In this document: in pieces, positions 24,636-33,641 of the stretch
How the letters are laid out: each line of letters starts with the position of its first letter
How positions within the stretch are numbered: the first letter of the stretch is position 1
DNA from: Eubacteriales bacterium
Lineage (GTDB): Bacteria; Bacillota; Clostridia; Oscillospirales; CAG-382
Assembly: GCA_045636285.1 (NCBI GenBank)
Contig: JAZTXJ010000007.1
Coordinates: 35,032 to 99,031, forward strand
Direction: 5' to 3'
Length of the DNA stretch: 64,000 nt
The notes under the pieces: model-generated
Told to the model about the DNA's origin: nothing
Seen by the model: the letters and a program-made list of their open reading frames with translations, nothing else
Databases searched by the model: none
Made by a program: the position numbers and the translations under genes

Positions 24636-26636
24636 ATGAAAAAACGTTTTTTACCGCTGTTTCTTTGTGTTTTAATGCCGTTTTCGCTTGTTTTTGCCGC
24701 GTGCGGCAACGAAGCAGGCAACAGCTCTTCACAGGAAGCAAGCGATATTTCCAATCAGGAAAGCGAAAGCATAAGCAACGATACAAGCAACGAAGCAAGT
24801 AACGATACGAGCACCGAGGAAAGCAACGGCTTACAAGGGGACGAAAGCCAGAGCGACGAAAGCCAAAGCGACGAAAGTCAGAACGACGAAACGGTCGAAA
24901 ACAAACCGATCGCGCGGCCCGAAGGATACCCCACGCTTTGCGGAGGCTTTATGCAGCCGAATGCGTTCAAGGGCTATACCGAAAAGCAGATGATAAAGCA
25001 TTTGCAGGATATGTATGACGTCGGTATAGATACCCTTATTCTTCAATGGTCGTTCACCACCGAAGGCGGCAAGGTAACCGACGCATATTTCGAAAGCGCG
25101 TTTAACGGCAACGAATACGCCGCAGGCTTTGACGAAAGCGGCAAGGGACTGGTAAATACCATTCTTTCGGCGGCGGAAAAGGTCGGCGTGAAGGTGTTTA
25201 TCGGTCTTAACGACAGCGCGGAATGGTGGCAGATGGGCGTGCTCGACAGAGCTTGGATCGAAAACCAGAGCGAGCTTGGATTAAAGGGCGCAAAACAGCT
25301 TTATGACGAATACAAGGAAAAATATCCGAACGCGTTCCACGGCTGGTATTTTGTTTTTGAATTCTATAATATGCAGGCAAACAAGGCAATAACCGATAAC
25401 GCCGCTTATCTTCTTAACCTTTACAGAAACGGTCTTTACGGTATCGACGGTGAAATGCCGATGATGCTTTCGCCTTATATCTCGTCGGCGGGCGCAAACC
25501 CCGAACAAACCGGTATTCTTTGGAAAACCGTATTTGCGGCAACCGATTTCCGCGCAGGCGATATTTTCTGCTGTCAGGATTCGGTTGGTGCGGGCCATAT
25601 TACAATGGATCAGCTTGAACCCTATTATGCCGAAATCAAAAAAGCGGTCGACAGCAAGGCAGGGCTTTTGTTCTGGGCGAACAACGAGGATTTTACTCAG
25701 TCCACTTGGTCGACAGCACCGCTCGACAGATTTATAGAACAGCTTAAAATAACCGACAAATACGTTTCGGCGCATATTACCTTTGCGTATTCCCACTACC
25801 AGCACCCCGATATGGGCAAAACGGGGCACCACCTTGCTTATAAGGAATATTACAACAGCGGCAAGCTTCCGAAAACGAATATTTCTGTTCCGAAGCTCGA
25901 ATCTGTTTCGGGTACGAACGAAGGCGGTAATAATTCGGTTGCTTTGAATATTACGATAGAAAACCCCGATAAAAACATTATGGGAATCCGCGTGTATAAA
26001 GACGGCGAGCAGGTGCATTTTGCGGATTTCACGAACGATTACGGCAAAAATTCCTATACGTTTTTATTTAAAGACAGCAATATGAGCGGCGACGGAAGTG
26101 CCGAATACCGCGTTTGCGGCGTTGACTATTACAACAACGAAGGCGCCGCGGCGACCTTTACCGCAAAATACGAATCCAAGGACGGCAAAAACGTTGCGCT
26201 CGGAAAGAGCTATAAGCTTACTCCCGCACCCGAATCGAATTACCCCGACGAAGACGGCAAGGCGTTGACCGACGGCAAGCTCGGCAAAGCCGCTTACTTC
26301 GACAGCGCGTGGGTCGGCTTTTTGAGCAAGCCCGAAATCGTTATCGACCTCGCGGGGAAGAACGACGTTTATGCGGTTTCGGTCGATACGCTCGGCGGCG
26401 GTGAAGCGTCGGTCTATCACCCCAACGCAATTACCGTTTCGGTTTCGGACGACGGAATAAATTTCACCGTGCTGAAAACCGAAAGCTTTGGCGCGGATCA
26501 AGGCGTCAATACACTCAATACTCTTAAACACACCGTCGCGCTCGATAATTCGGTTTCCTGCCGATACGTTAAAATCGCGGTTTCTACAAACCAAAGCTGG
26601 ATATTTATCGACGAAATCGAGGTATTTGCGGAATAA
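24636..26636 (+). CDS. Lipoprotein with glycoside-hydrolase-like (DUF4434-like) domain and C-terminal F5/8 type C (discoidin)-like domain
   Basis: Lipobox SLVFAAC; Ser/Glu/Asp-rich linker with ESQSD repeats; GIDTLILQWSF segment; C-terminal about 140 aa resembles a discoidin fold; start moved to ATG 24636 behind AAGGAGGG. Confidence 0.55.
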   Translation: MKKRFLPLFLCVLMPFSLVFAACGNEAGNSSSQEASDISNQESESISNDTSNEASNDTSTEESNGLQGDESQSDESQSDESQNDETVENKPIARPEGYPTLCGGFMQPNAFKGYTEKQMIKHLQDMYDVGIDTLILQWSFTTEGGKVTDAYFESAFNGNEYAAGFDESGKGLVNTILSAAEKVGVKVFIGLNDSAEWWQMGVLDRAWIENQSELGLKGAKQLYDEYKEKYPNAFHGWYFVFEFYNMQANKAITDNAAYLLNLYRNGLYGIDGEMPMMLSPYISSAGANPEQTGILWKTVFAATDFRAGDIFCCQDSVGAGHITMDQLEPYYAEIKKAVDSKAGLLFWANNEDFTQSTWSTAPLDRFIEQLKITDKYVSAHITFAYSHYQHPDMGKTGHHLAYKEYYNSGKLPKTNISVPKLESVSGTNEGGNNSVALNITIENPDKNIMGIRVYKDGEQVHFADFTNDYGKNSYTFLFKDSNMSGDGSAEYRVCGVDYYNNEGAAATFTAKYESKDGKNVALGKSYKLTPAPESNYPDEDGKALTDGKLGKAAYFDSAWVGFLSKPEIVIDLAGKNDVYAVSVDTLGGGEASVYHPNAITVSVSDDGINFTVLKTESFGADQGVNTLNTLKHTVALDNSVSCRYVKIAVSTNQSWIFIDEIEVFAE

Positions 26637-26637
26637 T

Positions 26638-27153
26638 ATGCAAACGGCAAGCGTTATCGTTCTTCCTTATAACGAAGAATGGAAAAGTGATTTCGAAAAA
26701 ATAAAAAAAGAGCTCTGTTGCGCGCTCGAAGGCTTGATTATCGGTATCGAGCACGTGGGGAGCACGTCGGTAGAGGGGCTTTCCGCCAAGCCTTGTATCG
26801 ATATAGACGTAATAATCAAGGATTATTCGGTGTTCGAAGCCGTCGTTTCCGATTTGGCGGCTATAGGCTATACTCACGAGGGAAATCTCGGAATAAAGGA
26901 CAGAGAGGCTTTTAAATATTCAAATAAGCCCCACCTGAAAAAGCACCATTTGTACGTCTGCCCGCAAGACTCTGCAGAGCTTTATCGGCATATCACCTTC
27001 CGTAATTTTCTTCGCGCCAACCCCGATGCGATAAAAAAATACAGCGCGGCAAAAGAAACCGCCGCAAAGCTCTTCCCGAACGATATTGATAAATATATCG
27101 AATATAAATCCCCCTGTATCGAAGAGCTCTACGCCCTGTGCGGTTTGAAATAA
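26638..27153 (+). CDS. GrpB-family protein
   Basis: IEHVGSTSVEGLSAKPCIDIDV motif characteristic of GrpB/nucleotidyltransferase-like fold; ATG 26638 two nt after the upstream stop. Confidence 0.8.
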   Translation: MQTASVIVLPYNEEWKSDFEKIKKELCCALEGLIIGIEHVGSTSVEGLSAKPCIDIDVIIKDYSVFEAVVSDLAAIGYTHEGNLGIKDREAFKYSNKPHLKKHHLYVCPQDSAELYRHITFRNFLRANPDAIKKYSAAKETAAKLFPNDIDKYIEYKSPCIEELYALCGLK

Positions 27154-27160
27154 GAAATAC

Positions 27161-27200
27161 GGCTGTGACAGGTATTTTACATCTGTCACAGCCACTTTTT
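27161..27200 (+). terminator. Terminator after grpB-like gene
   Basis: GGCTGTGACAG gtattttacat CTGTCACAGCC acttttt. Confidence 0.75.
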
Positions 27201-27302
27201 ATTCCCTATTAAAAAAACTTATTTTTAAAGTAAAAAATCCCCACTGTTAATTTCTTCAATGTTATGCTCGGAGTAAAAAACGCTCACGGTGGATGCAGAA
27301 TG

Positions 27303-27356
27303 AAAAATCGGCTCCCGCCGCTGTAGATGACTACTGCAAGTGGAGCCGATTTTTTA
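27303..27356. terminator. Bidirectional hairpin downstream of the antiporter gene
   Basis: AAAAATCGGCTCC .. GGAGCCGATTTTTT; nested inside a second inverted repeat AAAAAACGCTCAC (27275-87) / GTGAGCGTTTTTT (27379-91). Confidence 0.65.
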
Positions 27357-27389
27357 TAGCTACGCGTTCTGCGCCGCTGTGAGCGTTTT

Positions 27390-28694
27390 TTAGTCGTCGT
27401 CTTCTTCGCCGAGGTTAATAACCTTACGAGGAATAATATCGCCCGATTTGGTAAGAGCTATCTTGGTAAGCATAGGACCTACAAGCTCGTAAATGAGCAC
27501 TGCGAAGAGGGTGATGTTACGAACGATTGCGCCGACTGCTTCGAAGCCGGGGGTGTTTGCCACGATAAGCGACATACCGAGCGCAACGCCCGCCTGGGGA
27601 AGAAGGGTTATACCGAGATATTTAACGATTTTAGGTTCGCATTTGGTTGCTTTCGCACTGACTGCGGAGCCGAGCAGCTTACCTGCCGCACGAACAAGGA
27701 TATATACCAAGCCGATAAGGATTACGGTGTAATCGCTGAACACGCCGAAATCCAATTCCGAGCCGGAAAGCACGAAGAAGAGAAGGAAGAGGGGCGCGGT
27801 CCATTTATCCGTCTTGCCCATGATTTCCTCGGAGAAGTCACACATATTGCAGAATACGGTACCGAGCATCATACAAACAAGAAGCGAGGAGAACTTGATA
27901 TGGAGCTCCATGCCCGCAACCTCAATAGTTTTGCTATACATGGAAAGCGCAACCGACATAATAACGAAGGTGATGGAAAGGGTAAGACGTTTACTGTTGG
28001 AGTTGAAGAACTTTTCGGCAAAGCTGAAGAATACGCCCATCACGAAGCCCAAGAGCAACGAGAGCACGACCTCCAACAAGGGATTTATAAGAACCGAGCC
28101 GATATCCAAGCCAGCGCCGCTGTTCAAGGACTGCGCGATACCGAAGGAAACCGCGAAAACAACAAGACCGACAGCGTCGTCGATAGCAACGACGGGAAGA
28201 AGAATATCGGTCAATTTACCCTTCGCCTTGTACTGACGTACAACCATAAGGGTTGCGGCGGGAGCGGTCGCGGTTGCAACTGCACCGAGAACGATTGCCG
28301 CTTCGACCGAAATCACTTCGGGGAATGCAAGGTGTATACCGATAAGAGCCGCATCGACAAGGATAGTGGCAACGATCGCCTGAACTATACCGATAACGGT
28401 TGCCTGTCTGCCGATTTTCTTCAGGGAAGAAAGACGGAATTCATCGCCGATAGCGAACGCGATAAAGCCGAGTGCAACGTCGCAAAGGATAGAATTGCTC
28501 TTTACCGCTTCTTCGGTAGCAAAGCCGAGCCAAGAGATATTCAACCATTGTGCAAGCTGACCGAGGCAATAAGGGCCGACAAGAATACCTGCGATAAGAT
28601 ATCCGGTTACTGCGGGAAGCTTTAATTTTTTAACAAGACGAGAAAGCAGAAGACCTGCTGTCATCGCTATGCCTATTGGCATCAACTGTTCCAT
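27390..28694 (-). CDS. Cation:proton antiporter (CPA2/Kef-like Na+/H+ exchanger family)
   Basis: About 12 TM helices, N-terminus ..LPAVTGYLIAGILVGP typical of CPA family; ATG 28694 preferred (AAGGTGG RBS contains the ORF-track GTG). Confidence 0.8.
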   Translation of the reverse strand: MEQLMPIGIAMTAGLLLSRLVKKLKLPAVTGYLIAGILVGPYCLGQLAQWLNISWLGFATEEAVKSNSILCDVALGFIAFAIGDEFRLSSLKKIGRQATVIGIVQAIVATILVDAALIGIHLAFPEVISVEAAIVLGAVATATAPAATLMVVRQYKAKGKLTDILLPVVAIDDAVGLVVFAVSFGIAQSLNSGAGLDIGSVLINPLLEVVLSLLLGFVMGVFFSFAEKFFNSNSKRLTLSITFVIMSVALSMYSKTIEVAGMELHIKFSSLLVCMMLGTVFCNMCDFSEEIMGKTDKWTAPLFLLFFVLSGSELDFGVFSDYTVILIGLVYILVRAAGKLLGSAVSAKATKCEPKIVKYLGITLLPQAGVALGMSLIVANTPGFEAVGAIVRNITLFAVLIYELVGPMLTKIALTKSGDIIPRKVINLGEEDDD

Positions 28695-28918
28695 AATATC
28701 CACCTTAATATGAATAATTTGTATTTTTCTTGTTTTCCAAGCGAAGATATTAGCACAATATTAACGGATTTTCAAGCGGTTTTAAAGATTTGTATTTTTT
28801 TCTAAATTCGACACATTTCTATAACATCGAAGCGAGAAAAAGGGTACGTTTTTCACAAAAGCTTGACAGATTTATTATATATGATATGATATAAGCAAAG
28901 ATTTCGGAGGGTTTTGAT

Positions 28919-29653
28919 ATGAAAAAACGGGTTGTTGTTGCGGTTGCGGCTTGCCTTGCCTTAATATGCATACTGTTTGCTTTTTTGATATACAACGGTT
29001 ATATCCTTTTGAACAACCCAAGCACAAGCGATTACCCTGTGCGCGGTGCCGATATTTCGCGGTATCAAGGCAAAATAGATTGGCAAACCTTTAGCAAAAA
29101 CGGTATTTCGTTTGTGTTTATTAAAGCAACCGAGGGCTCGAAACACACCGACGAATACTTCGAATACAACTATTCCGAAGCAACAAAAACAAAGCTTCGC
29201 GTAGGCGCTTACCACTTTTTCAGCTTTGAAAGCACAGGGCTCGCGCAGGCAAACCATTTTATAAATACCGTACCGAAAACCGAAAATATGCTTCCGCCGG
29301 TTATCGATTTTGAATTTTACGGAGAGTTTGCAAAGCAACCTCCCGATAAAGAACGTGTAACGAGCGAGCTTTTCGCGATGATAAACGAGCTTTATGCACA
29401 TTACGGCGTGATGCCGATAATATACACCGCGGAAGAGGAGTATTCGCTTTATCTTGCTTTCGGCTTCAAGGAAAACCCGATATGGATACGTTCGGTATAC
29501 AAAAAGCCCTCTCCCCTGCCCGACGGCAGAGGCTGGACCTTTTGGCAATATACCAACCGCGCACGCTTGAACGGACACAACGGCGAAGAAAAATTTATCG
29601 ATATGAACGTTTTTAACGGCACCGAAAAGGAATTTTTGAATTTCGGAAAATAA
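28919..29653 (+). CDS. GH25-family lysozyme/muramidase with N-terminal membrane anchor
   Basis: RGADISRYQGKIDWQTFSKNGISFVFIKATEG matches the GH25 catalytic N-terminus (DxSxxQ). Confidence 0.8.
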   Translation: MKKRVVVAVAACLALICILFAFLIYNGYILLNNPSTSDYPVRGADISRYQGKIDWQTFSKNGISFVFIKATEGSKHTDEYFEYNYSEATKTKLRVGAYHFFSFESTGLAQANHFINTVPKTENMLPPVIDFEFYGEFAKQPPDKERVTSELFAMINELYAHYGVMPIIYTAEEEYSLYLAFGFKENPIWIRSVYKKPSPLPDGRGWTFWQYTNRARLNGHNGEEKFIDMNVFNGTEKEFLNFGK

Positions 29654-29702
29654 AAAAAGAGTGAATGAAGCGGCAAAGCCGTAACGTTCACTCTTTGTTT
29701 TT

Positions 29703-30593
29703 TTAGGGAATATCCTCGATAATGCTTTCGGGCGGGGTATCGAGCAGCTCGGGCTTGCGAATAAGGCTGTTGAAGTAGCGCAAGGCGAGAGAATAGGCGT
29801 GCCCGTCGGCGATACGTTCGTCGCAGGTGATGCGGTAATCCATATAAGTATGCTTTTCGGGGTTGCCTTCCTTCGAAATTTCGTATTTGTTGTAGCGTTT
29901 GCCGAAGGCAAAGAATATGGGAATATTACCGAAATCGTAAAGGTGATGATAAATCGGCGGAATACCCAACGATGCAAGCGAGGTCACAACAAGACTTCCG
30001 TGGAACGGCGAAACGCTCACCAAGCTCTTCGGAAGCGCACCGTAATAATCGAGCTTTTTGATAACCCACGCGACAAGTCGCATAATACAACGCGGAATCT
30101 TGTTCAAAAGCTTTGCAACCGAATCGAAATCGCTTTCCTCGCTAAGCGCTTCGGTTATAACCCTTTGGGTTATTTCATAAACCTGTTCTGCGGTAGCGTC
30201 GGGCTCATAGGCGAGCTTTATTACCGTATCGTCGGCGTTGAGCTTCATTTCCTTTTTTATGGTCATCGCTATTTCGATATTGTTGCGCGCGTAAATACGG
30301 TGACCGCGAATAAATCGGTTCATTTGCGGATGCTGGGAGTACATACGCACGAATGCGGCGAGATAAAGGTGCATTACGCTGAAATCCTTCAAGCCCTTTT
30401 CACGCATTTTTTTGACGTATTCCTCTGCAACGCCGATATCGAGCGTACCTGTAAAATAGTTGCTCGCGCCCGTGCGGTCGTCCATCAGATATATGCCGAC
30501 GTAGTGCATAGGGTCGAGCGTGCGGACACGTCTTCCCTCTTTTTTGTTTTTGTTTTTTCTTGCTTTTTCAAGCTTTTTTTCTTCTTTTGTCAC
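29703..30593 (-). CDS. Stand-alone 2-oxoacid dehydrogenase E2 catalytic-domain-like acyltransferase
   Basis: CAT-like fold signature near the C-terminus (CDERIADGHAY, variant of DHRxxDG); Lys-rich N-terminus; no lipoyl domain. Confidence 0.55.
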   Translation of the reverse strand: MTKEEKKLEKARKNKNKKEGRRVRTLDPMHYVGIYLMDDRTGASNYFTGTLDIGVAEEYVKKMREKGLKDFSVMHLYLAAFVRMYSQHPQMNRFIRGHRIYARNNIEIAMTIKKEMKLNADDTVIKLAYEPDATAEQVYEITQRVITEALSEESDFDSVAKLLNKIPRCIMRLVAWVIKKLDYYGALPKSLVSVSPFHGSLVVTSLASLGIPPIYHHLYDFGNIPIFFAFGKRYNKYEISKEGNPEKHTYMDYRITCDERIADGHAYSLALRYFNSLIRKPELLDTPPESIIEDIP

Positions 30594-30752
30594 GGATTTG
30601 CTCCTTTCGGCAAAAAGATTAACGCTATTTTAACACATATTTCGCATTTTTTCAACACAAAGATTATTTTATTAAGCAATAATTAATAAATACTTGAAAT
30701 TGTGCGATTTTCGTGGTATCATATAATGTGATTATTTTTAGGAGGAAACTAT

Positions 30753-32300
30753 ATGAAACACTCGAAGCTTTTTGCATTGCTTCTCGTTATCTGCCTTGTT
30801 TGCGCGGCTTTCCTTACTGCCTGCGATAAGAACGAAGAAGGCGGCGAAAGCAGCGTTGCTGAACAGAGCGGCTCGACAAGCCCCTACCAGAACGCAAGCG
30901 GCAAATACGTCGGCAGCTATTCCAATACGTATGAAGGCGAAACCATCACCTTCCTTACCTGCAGCGTTAACGCGACCTACGAATCCGAAATTCTTTTCAA
31001 TACCTATGAAGACGGCACCCAGCAGAGCATGCCCGAGGTTCTTAACGACAACCTCAAATACCGTGCCGATTTCGTTGAAGACACTCTCGGCATAACCCTT
31101 CTCGAAGAAAAGGTGCTCGATACCGGCCGTCCCGGCGGCGGTATGTGCACTCACATCCGCGAAGGCAACCTTTCGGCTACCGAAGATTACCAGATCGTTG
31201 TTCCCTGTCTTTACGACGGCGCAACTCTCGCGGTTGAAGGACATCTTTACAACCTTCTCGGCAAGGAATTCAACAACCTTCAGATCGAAGCACCCTGGTG
31301 GAATCAGGAATTCAACAACAATATGACCTACGGCGGTCAGCTCTACTTCACTATCGGCGACCTCGGTACCGTTAACAAGGGCTCCACCGCGGCTCTCTAC
31401 GTAAACCTCGAGCTTTGGGAAAAGCACGGCCTTTCCGAAAAATACGGCGGCACCCCCTATGAGCTCGTTCGTAACGGCAAGTGGACCGTTGATACCGTTT
31501 TCGAAGCTGCTACCACTATCGGCAGTGACGACGACAACAGCGGCAAGATCGACTATAAGGATACGTTCGGCTGGGGCGGTCAGCTCGACGATATGTGGAG
31601 CGTATTCTATGCTTCCGGCGAAAAGATTGCAAAGGCAAACGCAGACGGTTATCCCTCGATCACCATATACAACGAACGCAGTGCAAGACTTATGGAAAAG
31701 CTTCAGGAGCTTGTTCAGGATAAAGAGCACTACATTTCCGCAAACGACTACTTCGGCGTAGTTCAGTGGCCCAGCGTGCTTGTTGAAGAAGGCTTTACCG
31801 ACGGCAGAGCGCTCTTCTACAACGCAAGCGTAGGCACCGTTATCAACCTCGGCGTTATGGAACAGGCATTCGGTATGGTTCCCGTTCCCAAAGCAGACGA
31901 AACTCAGGACGATTACTATTCTCTCGTTAACCCCTGGACGAGTACCTGCTTTGCTGTTCCCACCTGCGTTGTCGGCGAAAAGCTCGCTATGACTATCGAC
32001 GTTCTTAACGTAATGGGCGCAGAAAGCCTTAACACCGTTGCTCCCAACTATCAGGAAATTCTTGAATACATGAAGATACGCGACGACGACTCCGCAGATA
32101 TGCTTAACAACTACATCCTTCCCAACCGCGGATGCGACGTAGGTATGGTATATAAGTGGGGCAACCTCGATACCCTTCTTCACGATATGGCAAGCCAGAA
32201 CATAGGCACCTTCGCTTCCAACTACGAAGCAAAGAAGGATGCTGCCGAAAACGCACTTCAGGAAACCATTGATTTCTTCAAGGACAACGAAGACAAATAA
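30753..32300 (+). CDS. Extracellular solute-binding lipoprotein (ABC transporter substrate-binding family 1-like)
   Basis: Lipobox FLTAC; 515 aa, size and composition of large sugar-binding SBPs; no permease or ATPase genes adjacent. Confidence 0.65.
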   Translation: MKHSKLFALLLVICLVCAAFLTACDKNEEGGESSVAEQSGSTSPYQNASGKYVGSYSNTYEGETITFLTCSVNATYESEILFNTYEDGTQQSMPEVLNDNLKYRADFVEDTLGITLLEEKVLDTGRPGGGMCTHIREGNLSATEDYQIVVPCLYDGATLAVEGHLYNLLGKEFNNLQIEAPWWNQEFNNNMTYGGQLYFTIGDLGTVNKGSTAALYVNLELWEKHGLSEKYGGTPYELVRNGKWTVDTVFEAATTIGSDDDNSGKIDYKDTFGWGGQLDDMWSVFYASGEKIAKANADGYPSITIYNERSARLMEKLQELVQDKEHYISANDYFGVVQWPSVLVEEGFTDGRALFYNASVGTVINLGVMEQAFGMVPVPKADETQDDYYSLVNPWTSTCFAVPTCVVGEKLAMTIDVLNVMGAESLNTVAPNYQEILEYMKIRDDDSADMLNNYILPNRGCDVGMVYKWGNLDTLLHDMASQNIGTFASNYEAKKDAAENALQETIDFFKDNEDK

Positions 32301-32316
32301 ACGAATTTAACTATGC

Positions 32317-32348
32317 GAAGCCCGAAACACACCTTTCGGGCTTCTTTT
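32317..32348 (+). terminator. Terminator after the SBP gene
   Basis: GAAGCCCGAAA cacacc TTTCGGGCTTC TTTT. Confidence 0.8.
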
Positions 32349-32361
32349 CAAAGGTGCAGAT

Positions 32362-33210
32362 ATGAAAATTTTATCGTTCGGAGAAATTCTTTGGGACGTT
32401 TTCCCCGAGGAAAAGAAAATAGGCGGCGCGCCCTTTAATTTTGCGGCACACTGCGCGCGCTTAGGCGCGGAAAGCTATATGGTTTCCTGCGTGGGAAGCG
32501 ACGAAAACGGCACAGACGCGCTTTTGGAGGTCGACCGTCTGGGTATCAAGCGCGATTATATCGCGGTGGACCGCAAATACAAAACCGGATATTGCGCGGT
32601 AACGCTCAACGAAGGCAAGCCCACCTACGACCTCGTGCGTGACGTCGCATACGACCATATCCCGTTCGTATGCCCGCGCGGCAGGTTCGATGCGCTTTAT
32701 ATGGGCACGCTCGCAATGCGCTCTCCCGATTCGCGCAGAACCTTCGAAAAGCTTATTAAATATACCGAAGCGAAAGAGGTTTTCTTCGACGCAAACTTCC
32801 GCGGCAGCTTCTACACGCGCGAGCTTGTTAACAGCCTGCTCAAAGAAACCACAATACTCAAAATAAGCGACGAGGAAATATCGTTTTTCGGCACGCGCGA
32901 CCATATAAACGTTTTGCTCGATATTTCGAAAAATAACCCGAAGCTAAAGTATATTTGCCTTACTCTCGGCAAGGACGGCGCGCTTGTTTTCGATTGCCGC
33001 AACCGCACGCTTCTTTATTCCGAAAAGCCCAAGGGCAAGGTGGTTTCCACCGTCGGCGCGGGCGACAGCTTCGCCGCCTGCTTCTTATCGAGTCTGCTTT
33101 CGGGCTATAAGGTCGAGCAGTGCCTCGACCGCGCGGTCAAATTGAGCGATTTTGTAGTAACACAGCTCGGCGCGATACCCGATTACGACCCGAAGGAGCT
33201 TTTTGCTTAA
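32362..33210 (+). CDS. PfkB-family carbohydrate kinase (fructokinase-like)
   Basis: N-terminal GGAPFNFA and C-terminal TVGAGDSF motifs. Confidence 0.85.
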   Translation: MKILSFGEILWDVFPEEKKIGGAPFNFAAHCARLGAESYMVSCVGSDENGTDALLEVDRLGIKRDYIAVDRKYKTGYCAVTLNEGKPTYDLVRDVAYDHIPFVCPRGRFDALYMGTLAMRSPDSRRTFEKLIKYTEAKEVFFDANFRGSFYTRELVNSLLKETTILKISDEEISFFGTRDHINVLLDISKNNPKLKYICLTLGKDGALVFDCRNRTLLYSEKPKGKVVSTVGAGDSFAACFLSSLLSGYKVEQCLDRAVKLSDFVVTQLGAIPDYDPKELFA

Positions 33211-33285
33211 AAATCAAAAAAACTATTGCTTTCGGGCATAAAACACGCTATAATGTAATAAACATAACAATTCAGGAGGAATATT

Positions 33286-33525
33286 ATGGATCTTCTTAAA
33301 AAGCTTTGGCCGTTTTCTTTCAAAGAAAGAAACGAAGTTGCATCTCTCGTTATCGCAGTAATTCTTCACGTTGTAGCTGATATTATTATCGGCGTGCTTA
33401 TCGGCGTACTTGCAAAAATCGCAATTATCGCCGTTATCTTCTCGCTTCTCGGCAGCCTTATCGGTCTTTATATCACCGCAGGTATCGTATTCTGCTTCCT
33501 TTCCTACTTCAAGGTACTCAAATAA
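33286..33525 (+). CDS. Small 2-TM membrane protein
   Basis: 79 aa, two long hydrophobic helices; own promoter-like TTGCTT-17-TATAAT and terminator. Confidence 0.5.
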   Translation: MDLLKKLWPFSFKERNEVASLVIAVILHVVADIIIGVLIGVLAKIAIIAVIFSLLGSLIGLYITAGIVFCFLSYFKVLK

Positions 33526-33545
33526 GTAAAGAAAAACACAAAAAT

Positions 33546-33581
33546 CAACTGTTGCAAATTCATTTTTGCAACAGTTTTTTT
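33546..33581 (+). terminator. Terminator after the small membrane protein gene
   Basis: AACTGTTGCAAA ttcatt TTTGCAACAGTT TTTTT. Confidence 0.8.
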
Positions 33582-33582
33582 G

Positions 33583-33611
33583 TTGACTTTATGCCTTTTC
33601 GGTGGTACAAT
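33583..33611 (+). promoter_or_regulatory. Promoter of polA
   Basis: TTGACT -17- TACAAT with TG extended -10. Confidence 0.55.
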
Positions 33612-33641
33612 AATACTGAATAATTATGTGAGGCGAAGCTA

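Noticed and set aside
30738-32183. 481-aa minus-strand ORF overlapping the solute-binding protein gene. The analogous ORFs 33822..34967 and 36357..37676 lie opposite polA and the radical SAM gene.
   Set aside because: The plus-strand partners carry a lipobox signal peptide, polymerase motifs or a CxxxCxxC cluster. The minus-strand translations are repetitive (VVV, AAG runs) and lack start context.
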